29,926 nt of DNA from IMG/VR virus record IMGVR_UViG_2585427792_000002; one strand, written 5' to 3'. The notes under the pieces were generated by a model that saw nothing but the letters and a program-made list of their open reading frames with translations, had not been told where the DNA came from and ran no database searches. This document shows positions 25,830-29,926 of the stretch, in pieces. Made by a program: the position numbers and the translations under genes. Every line of letters begins with the position of its first letter. Position 1 is the stretch's first letter. The stretch is from a virus (taxonomy: Duplodnaviria; Heunggongvirae; Uroviricota; Caudoviricetes).

Positions 25830-26897
25830 ATGACACAGAACTGGATGAGACATTTCGAGCTGCAGCTTGTGGACGGGAACGGTCAGGGAATTGAGCTAAG
25901 TGATTTCAAAGTCACCTTTACGATCGACTGGTTCAACATCAGCAGCGCGTCCCGGGTAGGGACTATCAAAATTTATAACCTCTCGGCAGATACTGTGAAC
26001 CGAATTACCGGGCAGGAGTTTTCGAAAGTGCGTCTGATTGCGGGTTACGACGGTATCGCGCCGGAGGTGTCGGCAAGCGATGTCGGGACCGTGCGGGAGG
26101 TTGATGCGGCGGACGTGGGCCAGAGTGATGGCCGCAACTACGGACTGATTTTCAGCGGTGAAATTCGCTACTCGGTCACAGGAAAAGACAGCCCGGTTGA
26201 TTCCTACGTCCTGATTCAGGCAGCCGATACAGATCTGGCTTTTGCCACCAGTATAACCTCACAGACGCTGGCTGCCGGTTACACGGTCGCTGATGTGAAC
26301 CGTGCGCTGATGAAAGACTTCGAAGCCAAAGGTGCGACCGAAGGCCTGACGCCTGAAATGCCTGCTACTGTATTCCCCCGGGGGCGGGTACTCTTTGGCA
26401 TGACGCGGCATCTTATGGATAATGTAGCCGGGCAATGTGGCGCAACATGGCAATTCGTGGATGGTCAACGCCAGATGGTGGCGAATAATGAATATGTTCA
26501 CGAAGCGATTGTGCTCAACAGCGCTACCGGGCTTATTGGCATGCCGCAGCAGACTATCGGTAACGGCGTAAACGTCCGCGCGCTTATTAATCCGAACATC
26601 CGGGTTAACGGGCTCATTCAACTGGATCAGGCTTCAGTGTATCGTACCGCGTTGTCGAACAACGATATCGCGATGGCCGGTGGGCAGATCACCGACCAGA
26701 ACACGGACGGAAATATTACGCTAAGCGGCACCACATCGCAGCCTGCCAGCATCGCAACGGATGGCGTTTATATTGTGCGTGGGATTATGTACACTGGCGA
26801 CACAAGGGGGCAGGCGTGGTACATGGATATGATGTGTGAAGCACGTGGCGCGGCTGATCTACTTTCGTCCTCAGCGCAGCAAAGGATTTATTCATGA
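25830..26897 (+). CDS. Tail/baseplate protein (355 aa), family undetermined
   Basis: ORF-track ORF co-linear with tail genes; last phage-like structural gene before the AT-rich cargo. Confidence 0.5.
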   Translation: MTQNWMRHFELQLVDGNGQGIELSDFKVTFTIDWFNISSASRVGTIKIYNLSADTVNRITGQEFSKVRLIAGYDGIAPEVSASDVGTVREVDAADVGQSDGRNYGLIFSGEIRYSVTGKDSPVDSYVLIQAADTDLAFATSITSQTLAAGYTVADVNRALMKDFEAKGATEGLTPEMPATVFPRGRVLFGMTRHLMDNVAGQCGATWQFVDGQRQMVANNEYVHEAIVLNSATGLIGMPQQTIGNGVNVRALINPNIRVNGLIQLDQASVYRTALSNNDIAMAGGQITDQNTDGNITLSGTTSQPASIATDGVYIVRGIMYTGDTRGQAWYMDMMCEARGAADLLSSSAQQRIYS

Positions 26898-27241
26898 AGC
26901 GTATGAAGTTAGTTTTGACAATTTCGTTATTATTTTCTTGTTCAGCAGCTTTTGCTGATTTGCAATGCGGCGGATATCTACTTCATGCAGCTGATAACGG
27001 TTGGACAAAAATCAACGGTGAGCAGGTAACATCACAGAAGATTACGTTTCTTGGTAAGAAAGATGACTGGGACAACGTTAAAACTAACATGGGCCTGATG
27101 CCTTCTCGCGATGGCAACAATTACGGCTTTGAGTTTGTGAAGCGTAACGGAAAAGCTTTCCTGAACGTCCAGCTTCTGCAGAACAGCATGGATGCGCCTA
27201 AAATCATCGGATCATTCCCTTGTAAAAAGGCGTTACGCTAA
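26894..27241 (+). CDS. Small secreted/periplasmic protein with Sec signal peptide (115 aa)
   Basis: N-terminus MKRMKLVLTISLLFSCSAAFA-DLQ has a basic n-region, hydrophobic core and AxA-like cleavage site; the mature part (about 94 aa) has two Cys; AT-rich codon usage unlike the tail genes. Confidence 0.65.
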   Translation: MKRMKLVLTISLLFSCSAAFADLQCGGYLLHAADNGWTKINGEQVTSQKITFLGKKDDWDNVKTNMGLMPSRDGNNYGFEFVKRNGKAFLNVQLLQNSMDAPKIIGSFPCKKALR

Positions 27242-27336
27242 AGTTTGATGTCAATCTTCCGAGATGAGCGCTTTAAGGTTGACGAGATATTGTTCAAAGT
27301 TCACAATCACAATCCCTTTAGTAAGAGAAATAATCC

Positions 27337-28110
27337 ATGGCGGCAGGCATCCCATTAGAAAAAGCGCAAAAATATATTGAACAATTCAATGCGCTTCTAT
27401 TGGATAGGGAAAGTTTAGATCCCTTCACTGAAAAGAAAATTCGAGAGGAACTTTCTGTCTCTCCAACGCCTGCTACCAACATTGCACTATCTTATCTGGA
27501 TGCAATAACCGGAAAGATTGAAAGCGCGTTACGTTATCTCAGGATAAGCCTAGAAGTAAACGATGTAACGTTGGCAATGCACTATCATCACATTTTAATT
27601 AATACATTTAGCTATAATGAACTCAAGGATGTCTATGTCCCGCTGGCAAAGAAGTATCGGACAAAACTCTTTAGTCACAACGCATACAGTTGGGCGTACC
27701 GTTGCGGCGAGCGTGAACAGTTAAAATTTTATATGGAAGAGCACATTAAGCTTCTTTCTGAATCAGAAGGCAGGAGTAATGCTATGAAGCACAAAGAAGA
27801 ACTCCTTGCAGAAATGGATAATTTCTATAGCGCCACACAGTGCTCGAAGGAACAGTTCCAGACCTTAGCATCCATAATCTGGGGCTTGCTAAGTGAATAC
27901 AAGGCTACGACAGGTTTCGTTCAGCTTAGTGGAAGCGGTTGCTATGTTGTTGATATTAAAAATCTTGAGCCTAAAACTATTGCCAAAATGAACTTCGACT
28001 TGGCTGATAGAGTCTGCGCTGAATCTAAACTGGATGATTGTTCCCTGTTAGCTAGATTTACCTCTCCGCGTCAGTTGCATACGGGGGTGAGCTACCATGT
28101 CGGTAACTAG
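27337..28110 (+). CDS. Hypothetical protein (257 aa), first gene of AT-rich two-gene cargo module
   Basis: ORF-track ORF; AT-rich; predicted largely helical by composition; overlaps the downstream ORF by 14 nt (co-translated pair). Confidence 0.6.
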   Translation: MAAGIPLEKAQKYIEQFNALLLDRESLDPFTEKKIREELSVSPTPATNIALSYLDAITGKIESALRYLRISLEVNDVTLAMHYHHILINTFSYNELKDVYVPLAKKYRTKLFSHNAYSWAYRCGEREQLKFYMEEHIKLLSESEGRSNAMKHKEELLAEMDNFYSATQCSKEQFQTLASIIWGLLSEYKATTGFVQLSGSGCYVVDIKNLEPKTIAKMNFDLADRVCAESKLDDCSLLARFTSPRQLHTGVSYHVGN

Positions 28111-28378
28111 CAATCAGATTCTCGATACCGCTCGATTATGTCTGTCTGAAAATATTGAGAGTGGATTTCGAAGCGCTATCTCAAGGGCGTATTACAGTAT
28201 GTTACATGAGTCTATTAGCTCACTTACTGCCATACCGCATTTTACCCATGAGCATCACAAAAATACTGTGGGTTATATGTCAACGCCCTCAGAGTGCAAA
28301 TCAGAGCCATACCCGACAAATACACTGAAATCCCTAGCTTTCGTACTTCGCCAGTGGCGGGATGCTAGAAATGAATAG
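28097..28378 (+). CDS. Hypothetical protein, C-terminally truncated by the IS2 insertion (93 aa as read)
   Basis: The stop codon TAG (28376-28378) is formed by the first three bases of the IS2 left inverted repeat (TAGACTGG...), so the native 3' end is probably displaced beyond the IS. Confidence 0.5.
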   Translation: MSVTSNQILDTARLCLSENIESGFRSAISRAYYSMLHESISSLTAIPHFTHEHHKNTVGYMSTPSECKSEPYPTNTLKSLAFVLRQWRDARNE

Positions 28379-28805
28379 ACTGGCCCCCTGAATCTCCAGA
28401 CAACCAATATCACTTAAATAAGTGATAGTCTTAATACTAGTTTTTAGACTAGTCATTGGAGAACAGATGATTGATGTCTTAGTAGACTGGCCCCCTGAAT
28501 CTCCAGACAACCAATATCACTTAAATAAGTGATAGTCTTAATACTAGTTTTTAGACTAGTCATTGGAGAACAGATGATTGATGTCTTAGTAGACTGGCCC
28601 CCTGAATCTCCAGACAACCAATATCACTTAAATAAGTGATAGTCTTAATACTAGTTTTTAGACTAGTCATTGGAGAACAGATGATTGATGTCTTAGGGGC
28701 CGGAGAAACGCAGAAGCTCCAGACAACCAATATCACTTAAATAAGTGATAGTCTTAATACTAGTTTTTAGACTAGTCATTGGAGAACAGATGATTGATGT
28801 CTTAG
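28376..28805 (+). repeat. Tandem array: about four copies of a 107-bp unit derived from the IS2 left end
   Basis: Copies start at 28376, 28483, 28590 (exact 107-bp period, identical) and 28697 (109 bp, leading 18 nt replaced by GGGCCGGAGAAACGCAGAAG). Each carries the 89-bp core CTCCAGACAACC...ATGATTGATGTCTTAG including the orfA start codon. Confidence 0.85.
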
Positions 28806-29155
28806 GGCCGGAGAAACGCAGACGGCGTACCACACAGGAAAAGATCGCAATTGTTCAGCAGAGCTTTGAACCGGGGATGACGGTCTCCCTCGTTGCCCGG
28901 CAACATGGTGTAGCAGCCAGCCAGTTATTTCTCTGGCGTAAGCAATACCAGGAAGGAAGTCTTACTGCTGTCGCCGCCGGAGAACAGGTTGTTCCTGCCT
29001 CTGAACTTGCTGCCGCCATGAAGCAGATTAAAGAACTCCAGCGCCTGCTCGGCAAGAAAACGATGGAAAATGAACTCCTCAAAGAAGCCGTTGAATATGG
29101 ACGGGCAAAAAAGTGGATAGCGCACGCGCCCTTATTGCCCGGGGATGGGGAGTAA
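28790..29155 (+). CDS. insC: IS2 transposase OrfA (InsC-like, 121 aa)
   Basis: Product [40 protein letters not shown]... (HTH) matches IS2 OrfA from memory; the ORF track's longer 28745 start runs through the repeat. Confidence 0.85.
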
Positions 29156-29926
29156 GCTTAGTCAGCCGTTGTCTCCGGGTGTCGCGTGCGCAGTTGCACG
29201 TCATTCTCAGACGAACCGATGACTGGATGGATGGCCGCCGCAGTCGTCACACTGATGATACGGATGTGCTTCTCCGTATACACCATGTTATCGGAGAGCT
29301 GCCCACGTATGGTTATCGTCGGGTATGGGCGCTGCTTCGCAGACAGGCAGAACTTGATGGTATGCCTGCGATCAATGCCAAACGTGTTTACCGGATCATG
29401 CGCCAGAATGCGCTGTTGCTTGAGCGAAAACCGCTGTACCGCCATCGAAACGGGCACATACAGGCAAAGTGGCCGTGAAAGAAAGCAATCAGCGATGGTG
29501 CTCTGACGGGTTCGAGTTCCGCTGTGATAACGGAGAAAAACTGCGAGTCACGTTCGCGCTGGACTGCTGTGACCGTGAGGCACTGCACTGGGCGGTCACT
29601 ACCGGCGGCTTCAACAGTGAAACAGTACAGGACGTCATGCTGGGAGCGGTGGAACGCCGCTTCGGCAACGATCTTCCGTCGTCTCCAGTGGAGTGGCTGA
29701 CGGATAATGGTTCATGCTACCGGGCTAATGAAACACGCCAGTTCGCCCGGATGTTGGGACTTGAACCGAAGAACACGGCGGTGCGGAGTCCGGAGAGTAA
29801 CGGAATAGCAGAGAGCTTCGTGAAAACGATAAAGCGTGACTACATCAGTATCATGCCCAAACCAGACGGGTTAACGGCAGCAAAGAACCTTGCAGAGGCG
29901 TTCGAGCATTATAACGAATGGCATCC
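29113..29926 (+). pseudogene. insD: IS2 transposase OrfB (InsD-like, DDE domain), apparently frameshifted; partial at window end
   Basis: The N-terminal frame (29113...) stops at 29476-29478 (...[18 protein letters not shown]), while the recognisable continuation ([15 protein letters not shown]...[10 protein letters not shown]...) runs in the frame one base back, from about 29472 to the window end. Confidence 0.55.

Larger units (their letters stand above)
28376..29926 (+). mobile_element. IS2 (IS3 family) insertion with reiterated left end; right end beyond the window
   Basis: Terminal sequence TAGACTGGCCCCCTGAATCTCCAGACAACC... and the orfA/orfB products match IS2 InsC/InsD from memory; A AAA AAG frameshift motif at 29104-29110. 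Confidence 0.8.

Noticed and set aside
28376-28805. Possible CRISPR array (regular direct repeats with spacers)
   Set aside because: The unit is 107 bp, the would-be spacers are only 18-20 bp and three are identical, and the repeat is recognisably the IS2 left end including the orfA start; no cas genes nearby. Interpreted as IS-end reiteration.

Overview
This window reads as a lambdoid (lambda-family) prophage segment running from the end of the pL early operon through the immunity, replication, nin, late-control, lysis, packaging, head and proximal tail modules, ending in cargo genes and an IS2 insertion. All protein identifications rest on recalled similarity to lambda or phage 21 sequences plus gene order and motifs; no database search was run.

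Main points:
- **Lambda-like early and replication genes:** kil (partial), cIII, ea10, ral, sieB, cII (lambda-like C-terminus), O with the ori-lambda iterons, P, ren, ninB/ninE/ninF/ninG.
- **Mosaic immunity region:** a cI repressor whose C-terminal domain matches lambda cI but whose N-terminal DNA-binding domain does not, a non-lambda cro, and a non-lambda N-like protein with matching nutL and nutR sites.
- **Most interesting locus:** a translationally coupled, AT-rich two-gene operon (185 aa + 250 aa) sitting exactly where lambda carries rexA-rexB. I cannot assign either protein to a known family; it is a candidate lysogen-expressed phage-defence or exclusion module.
- **Late region:** phage-21-type Q, a terminator, two tRNA(-like) genes, then a pinholin / SAR-endolysin / Rz-Rz1 lysis cassette.
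- **Structural genes:** a non-lambda packaging and head module, and a tail module that looks contractile (sheath-like, tube-like, chaperone with a -1 frameshift site, tape measure).
- **Right end:** AT-rich cargo (a signal-peptide protein and a two-gene module whose second gene is cut by IS2), then IS2 whose left 107 bp is reiterated in tandem and whose orfB appears frameshifted.
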